Positions 1 through 8,693 of a stretch of DNA of 64,000 nt are shown in pieces; position 1 is the stretch's first letter, and every line of letters begins with the position of its first letter. The stretch comes from Escherichia phage ime09. Where the stretch lies: the sequence record NC_019503.1; one strand, given 5' to 3'. The notes under the pieces are model-generated. The model was not told the DNA's origin. It saw only the letters and a program-made list of their open reading frames with translations, and did no database searches. The translations under genes and the position numbers were made by a program.

Positions 1-146
1 GATGGCTTAACTGCTTGATATCCCATTCTAAACTCCCTAATTAATCGTTTCTTTGTATCTTCAGAACAACCACTCCAATCAACTCTATCGACTGAAATGC
101 CATCGTCCCCATCGTCTAAATCATACCAGCGAGTTTTTAAAATCAT
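1..146 (-). CDS. hypothetical protein, partial (C-terminal part lies outside the window)
   Basis: Minus-strand frame opens at ATG 144-146 (MILKTRWYDLDDGDDG...) and runs off the window start with no stop; ATGA overlap with stop of the gene above. Confidence 0.35.
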   Translation of the reverse strand, partial: MILKTRWYDLDDGDDGISVDRVDWSGCSEDTKKRLIREFRMGYQAVKP

Positions 147-517
147 TTGATTTTCCTACAATCATTCACGAATTCTTTCATTGATTCATTTTCAATATAA
201 GACATGTAGTTATTATATTCTTTTAATTGTATTTTGTAATCCTTTTTTCTTTGCCAATTTATTTTAAAATTATCATAATGAAAATATAAAATGATACTAA
301 AGAATGAAAATAATGAAATTGCTATAGTATAATGAAGTTCACTCCAAACTTCTATTATATCTACTATACCGCTGACGTTACTGCGGATGTTTAAAATAAT
401 ACAGTCAATCGTTAATCCAATAAGACTACCAGCAAGAGCTGCAGCCAACGCCACAGCAAAAATTAAAAATGACTCAGAAAAAGAATATTTAACTTTATTT
501 AGTTTTGGCTTTTGCAT
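143..517 (-). CDS. small membrane protein (two predicted TM helices), paralog of next gene
   Basis: 124 aa ORF; two hydrophobic stretches then a basic C-terminal tail resembling that of the 499-912 product. Confidence 0.55.
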   Translation of the reverse strand: MQKPKLNKVKYSFSESFLIFAVALAAALAGSLIGLTIDCIILNIRSNVSGIVDIIEVWSELHYTIAISLFSFFSIILYFHYDNFKINWQRKKDYKIQLKEYNNYMSYIENESMKEFVNDCRKIK

Positions 518-912
518 CGTGATTCCTTAACAAATTTCATAATTTCATTAAATTCATACATATTTAGTTTAAGCTGGTGTTCCTTTTTAATCTTTTTACA
601 CTGAGCTTTCCATTCACGTACACGTTTACGATAATGCCTTCCTTGATACCAATATCCTACCCAATTTACAGGTACCAATAAAAATGGAACTACTAATGGA
701 AGAATTAATACTAACAAAAATATTACGCCAGATTCAATATCAGTCATAAAGTCTATAACCATTCCAACAATCAATAGAATTACAAATGATATAGCTGTCA
801 CAGGACCTATTAATACATCAGTAGGAATTAGCTGACGCTTTAGTTCATACTTCACAGGTTTACTTGGAAGGTATAGTGATGGCTTTGACATATTCTCTAC
901 ATTCCTTAACAA
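499..912 (-). CDS. small membrane protein (two predicted TM helices), paralog of previous gene; start may be Met8 at 891
   Basis: 137 aa ORF; hydrophobic core plus basic C-terminus (..MKFVKESRCK) similar to ..MKEFVNDCRK of neighbour; AGGA-like RBS before Met8. Confidence 0.55.
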   Translation of the reverse strand: MLRNVENMSKPSLYLPSKPVKYELKRQLIPTDVLIGPVTAISFVILLIVGMVIDFMTDIESGVIFLLVLILPLVVPFLLVPVNWVGYWYQGRHYRKRVREWKAQCKKIKKEHQLKLNMYEFNEIMKFVKESRCKSQN

Positions 913-1465
913 ATTTTTCTAATAATAAATCGCTTTCAAAATTAGGATTTTCTACGAATTTATCAAAAAGATCATCAACAATAGTCAAGATATTCTTTTT
1001 ACTAAGAATACGTTTATTTTCATGTTTTGTTTCAGAATCAACTATAAGAGTAAAGAAATATTTCTTTCCCTGAAATTTTACCGTAGTATCAATATAAAAT
1101 AAATTTGACTTTTGTAAATTACGTTTAAACCATGCGTCACTTAAACTATAAACGCCAAGATAATCATAATCGTCATTTAAATAACAAACTGTCCATTCAG
1201 GAGAAATGAAATCTGTAAATTCAACATCAAAATCACATGTCAATGAATGAATTGATTCAATACTTTTAATGAGTATTCCAGGACGTATTAAAGACTTTTT
1301 ACCTTTATAAAATCCAGAAAGACTTTCATCAGTTTCATATGAAGAGCTCCAATAGTAATTACGTCCTTCTGCCATGTGTTTAAGAGCATTTAGTAATTGG
1401 TCTGGAACATCAACTTGTCTTTGGAACTCTTCAAACATTGAATTGAAATCACTTTGCATTTTCAT
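860..1465 (-). CDS. hypothetical protein
   Basis: 201 aa ORF, same strand and tight spacing with neighbours; AGGA upstream of ATG. Confidence 0.5.
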   Translation of the reverse strand: MKMQSDFNSMFEEFQRQVDVPDQLLNALKHMAEGRNYYWSSSYETDESLSGFYKGKKSLIRPGILIKSIESIHSLTCDFDVEFTDFISPEWTVCYLNDDYDYLGVYSLSDAWFKRNLQKSNLFYIDTTVKFQGKKYFFTLIVDSETKHENKRILSKKNILTIVDDLFDKFVENPNFESDLLLEKFVKECREYVKAITIPSK

Positions 1466-1506
1466 TCCTATTTACTCCAAGTAATAGGGGCCGAAGCCCC
1501 TTATCA

Positions 1507-2100
1507 TTATTTCAGAGAATTAATATATTCCTGAACATCGGCAGAGGTAGTTTCAACCCCAGAAATATTACCATTAAAGGTTTCAACTCGAGCAAGGGTA
1601 TCTTCAATATCAACCTTAGTCAGTGCTGCAATTTCAACTACATCATCTGCAGTACTAATTCCAAGGGCATTTGCCGCACGAGTTTCACGGATATATTCCA
1701 ATTTAACTGCAAGTTCTTGACGAGCATCATCTAACTCAACTACTTTCTTGGCGATTTCAATTCGCATTTCAGCATAACCGTCAGCTTTAGTAGTCAATTG
1801 CTCAGCTGTTCGACGATATAGTAAACCGAGTTTAGCATGCATTGTTACATCTTGACCTTCGGAAAGAAGTTTACGAATTTCGCGTTCTTTTGATTCGGCC
1901 TGTCGATTCTTTTCGATAACAAGTTCACGAATACGTTTTTCTTCATTAATAGATTTAATAGAAGCAGTTTTTAGATCTTTAATTTTATCAAGTAGTTTTG
2001 CTGCTGCAACGGTATACTGTTCTTCGACAGATAGATTTTTAGCCATAGCAGAACCAAGTTTAGTGCGAATAAACTCAACAATTTTCTTCAGTGTGTTCAT
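1507..2100 (-). CDS. coiled-coil protein, faint PspA/IM30-like pattern (unverified)
   Basis: 197 aa ORF, highly charged heptad-like alpha-helical sequence; RBS AGGAAAT before ATG; family assignment is by eye only. Confidence 0.5.
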   Translation of the reverse strand: MNTLKKIVEFIRTKLGSAMAKNLSVEEQYTVAAAKLLDKIKDLKTASIKSINEEKRIRELVIEKNRQAESKEREIRKLLSEGQDVTMHAKLGLLYRRTAEQLTTKADGYAEMRIEIAKKVVELDDARQELAVKLEYIRETRAANALGISTADDVVEIAALTKVDIEDTLARVETFNGNISGVETTSADVQEYINSLK

Positions 2101-2174
2101 AATATTTCCTTAGGTTGATTAAGATTTAAAATCCGTGTAGAATTATATCCTGTTATTTGAGAAATGTAAACGTG

Positions 2175-2573
2175 TTATTTCATTTTTGCGAGACAGATTT
2201 CATTGGCTTCCCATTGAGCTTGCTTAATAATAGCTTTGGATACAGGAACCTTTTGACCATAAGTTTTTGACGTTGAGAGAACAATATATTTGTTTGCCTC
2301 ATTATGCCAGCCCCATGATTCTTCGCCATGAGTACCTTTAACTACAGCTGACACCTCAACAGAGCAGCCATCAGAACTAATCTTGGTGTTTACAATCCAT
2401 TCATTTCTCTCGATAGCTTCATTTTCAGACCTCATTTTTTCTTCATACACGGCGGCCCAATCAGTTTTTGTCAAGCTTAAACTAAGAGCTTTCTCTAATT
2501 CTTTGGCAGCTTTTTGTTGTTCGGGTGTTAATGAATTATATAACTCTCGCATTTCTTTATCTTCAATATTCAT
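2175..2573 (-). CDS. hypothetical protein
   Basis: 132 aa ORF; GAGGAGAA upstream of ATG. Confidence 0.5.
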   Translation of the reverse strand: MNIEDKEMRELYNSLTPEQQKAAKELEKALSLSLTKTDWAAVYEEKMRSENEAIERNEWIVNTKISSDGCSVEVSAVVKGTHGEESWGWHNEANKYIVLSTSKTYGQKVPVSKAIIKQAQWEANEICLAKMK

Positions 2574-2628
2574 TATGTTCTCCTCAAGTTACAGGCTCAT
2601 AATATCTCAATCATGAGCCTGTGTAAAC

Positions 2629-2895
2629 TTATTTCATATTATTGAAATATTCTTCTGCGATTTCGTCGTTATCATGGTAAACTTTAGAAGACAGTTTAAC
2701 ATAACCTTCTGCTGTAAACATGTTAATCACAACCTTTACAGTATACCACTGACCATCTTCATTACCCATTACTGCGTAAGTTTCAAACATCGGATGATCA
2801 GGACCGATAACTTTAATATCATTCACTGTACGACCGAAATCTTCTGAAACGCATTTCATAAAGAAGTTGAACAGTTCGCCGTAATTATCCATTTC
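2629..2895 (-). CDS. hypothetical protein (start moved to MDNYGELF.. because the longer ORF overlaps its own promoter)
   Basis: ORF 2629-2958; internal ATG at about 2895 is preceded by GGAGAATGAA RBS and lies downstream of an early-promoter-like GTTTAC..TACTAT element. Confidence 0.45.
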   Translation of the reverse strand, partial: EMDNYGELFNFFMKCVSEDFGRTVNDIKVIGPDHPMFETYAVMGNEDGQWYTVKVVINMFTAEGYVKLSSKVYHDNDEIAEEYFNNMK

Positions 2896-2938
2896 ATTCT
2901 CCAAGTGTTGTTTTTCTGTATCAGTAGTTGATAGTTGT

Positions 2939-2968
2939 ATAGTACCATGGAAGAACATGGATGTAAAC
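2939..2968 (-). promoter_or_regulatory. early (sigma70-type) promoter-like element, -35 GTTTAC / -10 TACTAT
   Basis: Minus-strand GTTTAC (2963-2968) and TACTAT (2939-2944), 18-nt spacer. Confidence 0.45.
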
Positions 2969-3124
2969 AGTTTTGTGAAAAAAGTTTTAGTGAATTCTAG
3001 GGCAGGGAGGGGCAGTTAAAGGATAGGATAATATATTATAAAGGGTAGAAACTAAATGATGCCTAGAGAGGTCCAGAAAGGCCTAGATGCCAAAAAGCCC
3101 TATCATTTAGATAGGGATTTAAAA

Positions 3125-3688
3125 TTATTTATCTAGTTTAGTTATTATAGCTTCTGCGGCAGCTTTTAGCTTAGATGCGGTGTTAATACGATTTTTAATT
3201 TCAGTATAAGCGTCGCCAAGAACATCAAGGCTATCAGAATAAACACTTACACTATTGCGTTCGCTATTTGAAATAGAACCTTTAGTTTTACGATCAAAAT
3301 CGGTGTACACGTCTTGAAGATCACGGGCTGCCTTCTTTGCATCATCCAATGCATCAAGAGCTTTATTCAAAGCATTAACGTATTTTTTAGTGTCGAACAT
3401 ATTCTTAGAAATTTTAACAGGTGCGCGTTCAGGAGTAGCTAACACAGATTTAGGAACCTGAGCGCCAGATGCCAATTTCTTAGAAATTTTGAAAAATGCT
3501 TTGTTGAATTTATTTTCTTGACTCATTGTAAAAGAACTATTATCGATGTTGTACATTTCAATAGCTTTAGCTTTCCACTTAAGAAAATCGCCGCGGTCTT
3601 TTGGGTCCAAGTGGAAAAATACTTTAGTAAGATCTGCTTCAGATGGTAATTTTGCTGCTTCGGTTAAAAATTCGGCATAGGTTTTCAT
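3125..3688 (-). CDS. internal head protein-like (IP family, capsid targeting sequence-like N-terminus)
   Basis: 187 aa; N-terminus MKTYAEFLTEA matches the MKxYxEFxxEA motif of T4 internal proteins; preceded by terminator hairpin of gene above. Confidence 0.6.
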   Translation of the reverse strand: MKTYAEFLTEAAKLPSEADLTKVFFHLDPKDRGDFLKWKAKAIEMYNIDNSSFTMSQENKFNKAFFKISKKLASGAQVPKSVLATPERAPVKISKNMFDTKKYVNALNKALDALDDAKKAARDLQDVYTDFDRKTKGSISNSERNSVSVYSDSLDVLGDAYTEIKNRINTASKLKAAAEAIITKLDK

Positions 3689-3778
3689 TTAAAATCCTTG
3701 AAATAATTTATCGGTTGGTTATTAATTATTTATTACTTTGTTATTATCCGTAACAGCATTCTATATGTGATTCAAACT

Positions 3779-3806
3779 AAAAAGCCCCAACCTTTTGGTC
3801 GGGGCT
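3779..3806 (-). terminator. intrinsic terminator-like hairpin plus U-tract (after IP-like gene 3814-4287)
   Basis: Minus strand AGCCCCGACC-AAAA-GGTTGGGGCT followed by UUUUU. Confidence 0.6.
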
Positions 3807-3813
3807 AAGAATG

Positions 3814-4287
3814 TTATTTGATTTGTTTAGCAGACCAAATGCGGTCTTTAATAATTTTTTGGATGTCTTCAACATACTCAAGAGAGTGAACATGTGGGTT
3901 ATCTTTGAAACTATAAGCACGGGCTAACTTTTGGCCTTCGGTTTTGATTACTAAAAGCTCTTTAAGGATAGCTTCATATTTAGCGATAATTCCTTTAACG
4001 ATATTTTTTTCTTGTGCAGCTTTAGGATCTGCTTTAGGAGCAGGTTTACCCGAAGCCTTTGCAAAAGCAGCGCCAGTAGCAACTAAACTTTTCCAGGCCA
4101 TACTAACTGCATTTCCCGTAAATCCTTCTGCTTTCATGTCGCGAGCAAATTGGAATCGTGATTCGTCAGAAGCATCTTTATAGGAATATTTACCCGCTGC
4201 AATGGCTGCTTTTGCGACAGCTTGAATTTCGGTGCTAGATGCTTCATTTAACACCGCTTCATTTAAAAATTGAGCATATGATTTCAT
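3814..4287 (-). CDS. internal head protein-like (IP family)
   Basis: 157 aa; N-terminus MKSYAQFLNEA has the same capsid-targeting-like motif; Ala/Lys-rich. Confidence 0.6.
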   Translation of the reverse strand: MKSYAQFLNEAVLNEASSTEIQAVAKAAIAAGKYSYKDASDESRFQFARDMKAEGFTGNAVSMAWKSLVATGAAFAKASGKPAPKADPKAAQEKNIVKGIIAKYEAILKELLVIKTEGQKLARAYSFKDNPHVHSLEYVEDIQKIIKDRIWSAKQIK

Positions 4288-4337
4288 CTTATTTCCTGTT
4301 TTAATTCGTGGATTTAATATACTACTATATTTATACT

Positions 4338-4365
4338 AAAAAGCCCCAACCTTTCGGTCGGGGCT
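4338..4365 (-). terminator. intrinsic terminator-like hairpin plus U-tract (end of tRNA / stable RNA transcript)
   Basis: Near-identical copy of the 3779-3806 hairpin (one loop substitution), followed by UUUUU. Confidence 0.6.
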
Positions 4366-4379
4366 AAGCCTTGCGGCAA

Positions 4380-4676
4380 CCTTGTCGGGGTTCCACCTGC
4401 TAAGGCAAGTGTTTGTACGAAACGCCGGGATTCGAACCCGGTTATTAAGCAGTTGACGCTACTCAATATTTTTAAAAGGCCATATCTCGACCATATCCGA
4501 ACGTTCCGTCAAAAACGCTACTCGGCTTACGGCAAAGATATTTCCTCGAATCGATAATTCTGTGCGCCGTTTCTGCTGTGATGTAAGGGGACATTAACAG
4601 ATCGTAAAGATTTGTTAATGCCAGTCCTTACCCAGGGAACATCAGTCCGACGACTTACCGGTAGCGACCCGGTTTC
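4380..4676 (-). ncRNA. structured stable-RNA region with a tRNA-like T-arm, possibly the counterpart of T4 species 1/2 (RNA C/D)
   Basis: No credible ORF; contains CCGGGTTCGAATCCCGG T-arm-like element on minus strand and several hairpins; ends at a hairpin plus U-tract terminator (4338-4365). Confidence 0.35.
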
Positions 4677-5027
4677 TTAATATTCTTTTAAAGCATCAAT
4701 CTGTTCACGGCGTTTACGCCATAAATCAATTACTTCATACGCAGATTCAGCATTTCGAATTGGACGGCATTTATATAAAGACTTGTGATTTTGATATTGC
4801 GTAGATAACGGAATTTTATCTAAAAGGTCTTTACGTTCAAAGTATTCGTAACCATCTAAGCCAAATGAACGATTTTTGAGAAATTGCCAATGACCATATT
4901 CGTTTTCGACATAAACATAATCCGCGTGTTGATAAAGCAAATTAATTACACGTTCAGAAATAACAGTGTCATTGTGATTAAAATAGAATGTCAAATCATG
5001 GACTACTAAATAAACATTACCTTTCAT
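4677..5027 (-). CDS. hypothetical protein between tRNA-Arg and the stable-RNA region
   Basis: 116 aa ORF immediately 3' of tRNA-Arg on the same strand. Confidence 0.45.
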   Translation of the reverse strand: MKGNVYLVVHDLTFYFNHNDTVISERVINLLYQHADYVYVENEYGHWQFLKNRSFGLDGYEYFERKDLLDKIPLSTQYQNHKSLYKCRPIRNAESAYEVIDLWRKRREQIDALKEY

Positions 5028-5043
5028 ATTTTCCTCACTTAAT

Positions 5044-5119
5044 TGGTCGAGGCAGTAGGGATCGAACCTACGACCTAGGACTTAGAAGGTCCTTGCTCTT
5101 CCTTCTGAGCTATGCCTCG
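5044..5119 (-). tRNA. tRNA-Arg (anticodon TCT), CCA encoded
   Basis: Cloverleaf folded by hand: acceptor CGAGGCA/TGCCTCG, anticodon stem AGGAC/GTCCT, loop CTTCTAA, T-loop TTCGATC. Confidence 0.8.
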
Positions 5120-5123
5120 TATT

Positions 5124-5198
5124 TGGCGGACGTGATAGGATTCGAACCTATAACCAATCGCTTAACAGGCGATCGCTCTGCCATTGAGCTACACATCC
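5124..5198 (-). tRNA. tRNA-Asn (anticodon GTT)
   Basis: Acceptor GGATGTG/CACGTCC with one G-U pair, anticodon loop CTGTTAA, T-arm ATAGG TTCGAAT CCTAT, CCA encoded. Confidence 0.7.
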
Positions 5199-5202
5199 AA
5201 AT

Positions 5203-5289
5203 TGGTGGGGAGTGATGGAGTCGAACCACCCGAGTCGCAATGACAATGGATTTACAGTCCACACCGCTACCTCTACGGGATAACTCCCC
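5203..5289 (-). tRNA. tRNA-Tyr (anticodon GTA), class II with long variable arm
   Basis: Acceptor GGGGAGT/ACTCCCC, anticodon loop CTGTAAA, long variable arm, T-loop TTCGACT; resembles bacterial tRNA-Tyr. Confidence 0.7.
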
Positions 5290-5302
5290 TTAATTCTTAA
5301 TT

Positions 5303-5377
5303 TGGTGGCCCTGGGTGGAATTGAACCACCATCTGGCGATTATGAGTCGCTTGCTTGAACCTTCCAGCTACAGGGCC
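5303..5377 (-). tRNA. tRNA with anticodon CAT (Met, or Ile if lysidine-modified as assumed for T4 tRNA-Ile)
   Basis: Acceptor GGCCCTG/CAGGGCC, anticodon loop CTCATAA, T-arm GGTGG TTCAATT CCACC, CCA encoded. Confidence 0.65.
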
Positions 5378-5378
5378 T

Positions 5379-5454
5379 TGGTGCTGATTGACGGAATCGA
5401 ACCGCCGACCTTCTCATTACAAGTGAGTTGCTCTACCTACTGAGCTAAATCAGC
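5379..5454 (-). tRNA. tRNA-Thr (anticodon TGT)
   Basis: Acceptor GCTGATT/AATCAGC, D-stem GCTC/GAGC, anticodon loop CTTGTAA, T-arm GGCGG TTCGATT CCGTC. Confidence 0.8.
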
Positions 5455-5459
5455 AAAAC

Positions 5460-5549
5460 TGGCGGAGGCGATAGGATTTGAACCTATGAGTCGCCGGAGC
5501 GACTGCCGGTTTTCAAGACCGGTGCATTAAACCACTCTGCCACGCCTCC
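5460..5549 (-). tRNA. tRNA-Ser (anticodon TGA), class II
   Basis: Acceptor GGAGGCG/CGCCTCC, anticodon loop CTTGAAA, long variable arm, T-arm ATAGG TTCAAAT CCTAT. Confidence 0.8.
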
Positions 5550-5551
5550 AG

Positions 5552-5625
5552 TCTCCATACAAGGATTTGAACCTTGGACCTCCTGATCCCAAATCAGGCG
5601 CTCTACCAAACTGAGCTACACGGAG
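5552..5625 (-). tRNA. tRNA-Pro (anticodon TGG), CCA not encoded
   Basis: Acceptor CTCCGTG/TATGGAG, D-stem GCTC/GAGC, anticodon loop TTTGGGA, T-arm CAAGG TTCAAAT CCTTG. Confidence 0.75.
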
Positions 5626-5635
5626 TAAATTAAAT

Positions 5636-5709
<74 letters not shown>

Positions 5710-5714
5710 AAATT

Positions 5715-5801
5715 TGGTGCGAGAAGTGGGACTCGAACCCACAAGGAAATCATTCCGCAGCATTTTAAGTGCTGTGCCTTTACCAATTTGGCCATTCTCG
5801 C
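5715..5801 (-). tRNA. tRNA-Leu (anticodon TAA), class II
   Basis: Acceptor GCGAGAA/TTCTCGC, anticodon loop CTTAAAA, long variable arm, T-arm GTGGG TTCGAGT CCCAC; one nt from tRNA-Gln. Confidence 0.8.
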
Positions 5802-5802
5802 G

Positions 5803-5875
5803 CTGGGAATAAAGGACTCGAACCTTTGCATCCTGGAATCAAAATCCAGTGCCTTACCAACTTGGCTAATTCCCA
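5803..5875 (-). tRNA. tRNA-Gln (anticodon TTG), CCA not encoded
   Basis: Acceptor TGGGAAT/ATTCCCA, anticodon loop TTTTGAT, T-arm AAAGG TTCGAGT CCTTT; first gene of the array. Confidence 0.8.
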
Positions 5876-5972
5876 ATTATTAACAAAGGCTCTTAAGCAA
5901 GAACCCTTGATGATAGAGGGTATTAATCAGTGCGATATGAGTTAATAATAACAAATAATTCTTAAAGCATAT

Positions 5973-6266
5973 TTACCATTTATGATAATACATATTTACG
6001 ATGCATTCAAGACCCAAAGGATTCTTGAAAATATCATATTCAAGAGGACCTTTTTCTGTTTCAATAAAGAAATCAAAATTTACTGTATTAAATTTACGGT
6101 CTTCCTTCACTAATTTAACTTGTGAAGATGAACGGTCAATGTAAACCTTTTCAACTTCAAAATATGTTAAAATGCCATAATCATCAATCAAGGCTTTAGC
6201 CGCGTCTTGATCATATTTATATCCATTTTCAATGGATGATACTTTCGCATAAAGAATCATTATCAA
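5973..6266 (-). CDS. hypothetical protein
   Basis: 97 aa ORF between tRNA array and IP-like gene; start overlaps stop of gene above. Confidence 0.45.
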   Translation of the reverse strand: MIMILYAKVSSIENGYKYDQDAAKALIDDYGILTYFEVEKVYIDRSSSQVKLVKEDRKFNTVNFDFFIETEKGPLEYDIFKNPLGLECIVNMYYHKW

Positions 6267-6646
6267 CCTTCATCAACAATAGTGTGCGTATTGGCATTTA
6301 CAATTTGCCACCAATCAAAGCGATTAGAACCATAATCTGGTTTGTTTTCATTTTCTTTGATAATGTCACGGAGTTCATCTTCGGTAGCGGCTTTCGCTAT
6401 TAAATCAGCATATCCACCACGAGGATAATAATTATCACCTGCAAAAAGTAAAAAGTTTGGTTTAATGTTATTGAACTCTTCAAGAGTAATAACTTTTCCT
6501 GATGGTAGTTGAACAATCTCTACATATTTATATCCTAATTTTTGAGCAGCATCTACTGCTTCAAGCAAAGTATCATGAGCCCATCCAATTTGACAACCTG
6601 GCTTTTCCGATGGATTAGCCTGATAATCCGCATACACTTTGTACAT
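6263..6646 (-). CDS. hypothetical protein (start moved to MYKVYADYQ..)
   Basis: ORF 6263-6685; internal ATG at 6644-6646 has AAGGTG RBS 8 nt upstream and abuts the stop of the 6648-6833 ORF. Confidence 0.45.
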   Translation of the reverse strand: MYKVYADYQANPSEKPGCQIGWAHDTLLEAVDAAQKLGYKYVEIVQLPSGKVITLEEFNNIKPNFLLFAGDNYYPRGGYADLIAKAATEDELRDIIKENENKPDYGSNRFDWWQIVNANTHTIVDEG

Positions 6647-6647
6647 T

Positions 6648-6833
6648 CTATTCACCTTTAGAAATTTTATCCATAACGATAGCAATTAAACCAATTAAAA
6701 ATGCTACTACAAGTGAAAACACATTTTCTGCTGTAGTCAATAATCCGCATATAAATCCAACAAACATTGAAAAACTAAAAGCAGAAGCAGAAATTGCAAT
6801 AGCAACATTTCGAATTAATTCACAGCGTTTCAT
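6648..6833 (-). CDS. small hydrophobic (single/double TM) protein
   Basis: 61 aa ORF, mostly hydrophobic; GAGGAG RBS; first gene behind an early-promoter-like element. Confidence 0.4.
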   Translation of the reverse strand: MKRCELIRNVAIAISASAFSFSMFVGFICGLLTTAENVFSLVVAFLIGLIAIVMDKISKGE

Positions 6834-6862
6834 TTTATTCTCCTCAGTAGTTGATAGGGTAA

Positions 6863-6891
6863 TAGTATCACAACTAAAACCCTATGTAAAC
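6863..6891 (-). promoter_or_regulatory. early promoter-like element, -35 GTTTAC / -10 TACTAT, 17-nt spacer
   Basis: GTTTAC at 6886-6891 and TACTAT at 6863-6868 (minus strand), upstream of 6648-6833 gene; part of a repeated cassette. Confidence 0.55.
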
Positions 6892-6903
6892 AACTTTGTG
6901 AAA

Positions 6904-7161
6904 TTATTTTAAATCTTCTAATCGTTTCTTCATCTTAGAACCATTTTTAGCAATTTCTCCTGCATCGGAGCATAACGCTAAAAGTGCTTTAACTTTAGTT
7001 TGGTCTCCTTTAAAAGACGAAGGATCGACTGCAGCAGCAAGTTCTTTAATACGAGAGAAAAGACGCTCAGCTTCAGCTAAAGCCATTCCAAGCTTTACTT
7101 CCATACCGTGAGAAGATTCAGTGATAGTAGTTTTTGTAGCAAACTCTTTGAAAGTTTTCAT
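6904..7161 (-). CDS. internal protein I-like small head protein (IP family)
   Basis: 85 aa; N-terminus MKTFKEFATK resembles the IP capsid-targeting motif; position next to 57B matches ipI in T4; own early promoter. Confidence 0.55.
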   Translation of the reverse strand: MKTFKEFATKTTITESSHGMEVKLGMALAEAERLFSRIKELAAAVDPSSFKGDQTKVKALLALCSDAGEIAKNGSKMKKRLEDLK

Positions 7162-7192
7162 TTTATTTTCCTAATTAATTTTGATGAGATAA

Positions 7193-7221
7193 TAGTATCA
7201 CTACCTCATCAGCATGTAAAC
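7193..7221 (-). promoter_or_regulatory. early promoter-like element, -35 GTTTAC / -10 TACTAT, 17-nt spacer
   Basis: GTTTAC at 7216-7221 and TACTAT at 7193-7198 (minus strand), upstream of IPI-like gene; near-identical to the 6863-6891 copy. Confidence 0.55.
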
Positions 7222-7233
7222 AACTTTGTGAAA

Positions 7234-7930
<697 letters not shown>

Positions 7931-7931
<1 letters not shown>

Positions 7932-8644
7932 TATAGTACCTTTAGTGTATTTTTAATTTTAGAAAAAAGTTCTTCAAGAGAACCATCGTTTGTAATTACT
8001 AAATCGCCATCACGAATTGGCAATCCAGCTTCTGTAATATGAGTATCATTGGATTTTTGACCAGGACGAACTACATGAATTACTGTAGCACCCATCGCCC
8101 TAGCCGCATCCATTTCATGATCTTGACGAGTATCAGGAACGATATAATAATCATAACCTGAGTTAAATTTATCAAGATAATCTAAAGCAAATAATTTTAC
8201 CCAATACATGCGGTCGAAGTTATTAACAATCAAATCCGTACCTAGGGCTTGCATCAGACGACGGACTGACCATTGATCTTCAATATTATTTATAACGTCA
8301 GCAATCTTGTTAAATGCTACGAAATTAACTGCGTCATCAAAAACAAACACACCCTTAATTGGGCTTTTACTATTAAGATAGCAAAATGCTTGTTCCATAA
8401 TCGTGATTACTTCTGATTTAGTCAGATTTAAAATAGTCTCACGATCATAGTCAATTCCTTCAAACTCTTTACGAGTTAAGCAAGGATAGTCAGTGTTTGC
8501 TGCAAATACACCCCATGCATAAGCCAATGCATCCTTAATAGGACCAGCAAGTTGATATTTAACTGCAGAATAATTATTCATGATAAAATCTGCAGTAGTA
8601 TCTTTTCCACTACGCTTTACACCACTTAAAAAGATTAGTTTCAT
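7931..8644 (-). CDS. 1: deoxynucleoside monophosphate kinase
   Basis: 237 aa; N-terminal P-loop GVKRSGKDT; recognised as T4 gp1. Confidence 0.9.
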
Positions 8645-8693
8645 ATGTTTCTCCTCAAATTTAGTTAAGATTATAACACATGAAACTGAAGCA

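Noticed and set aside
864-1073. 69-aa plus-strand ORF
   Set aside because: Antisense inside minus-strand genes in an otherwise uniformly minus-strand block; the same applies to 2383-2616 and 3944-4183.
4988-5215. 75-aa plus-strand ORF
   Set aside because: Lies across tRNA-Arg, tRNA-Asn and the tRNA-Tyr 3' end; the sequence folds into canonical tRNAs on the other strand.
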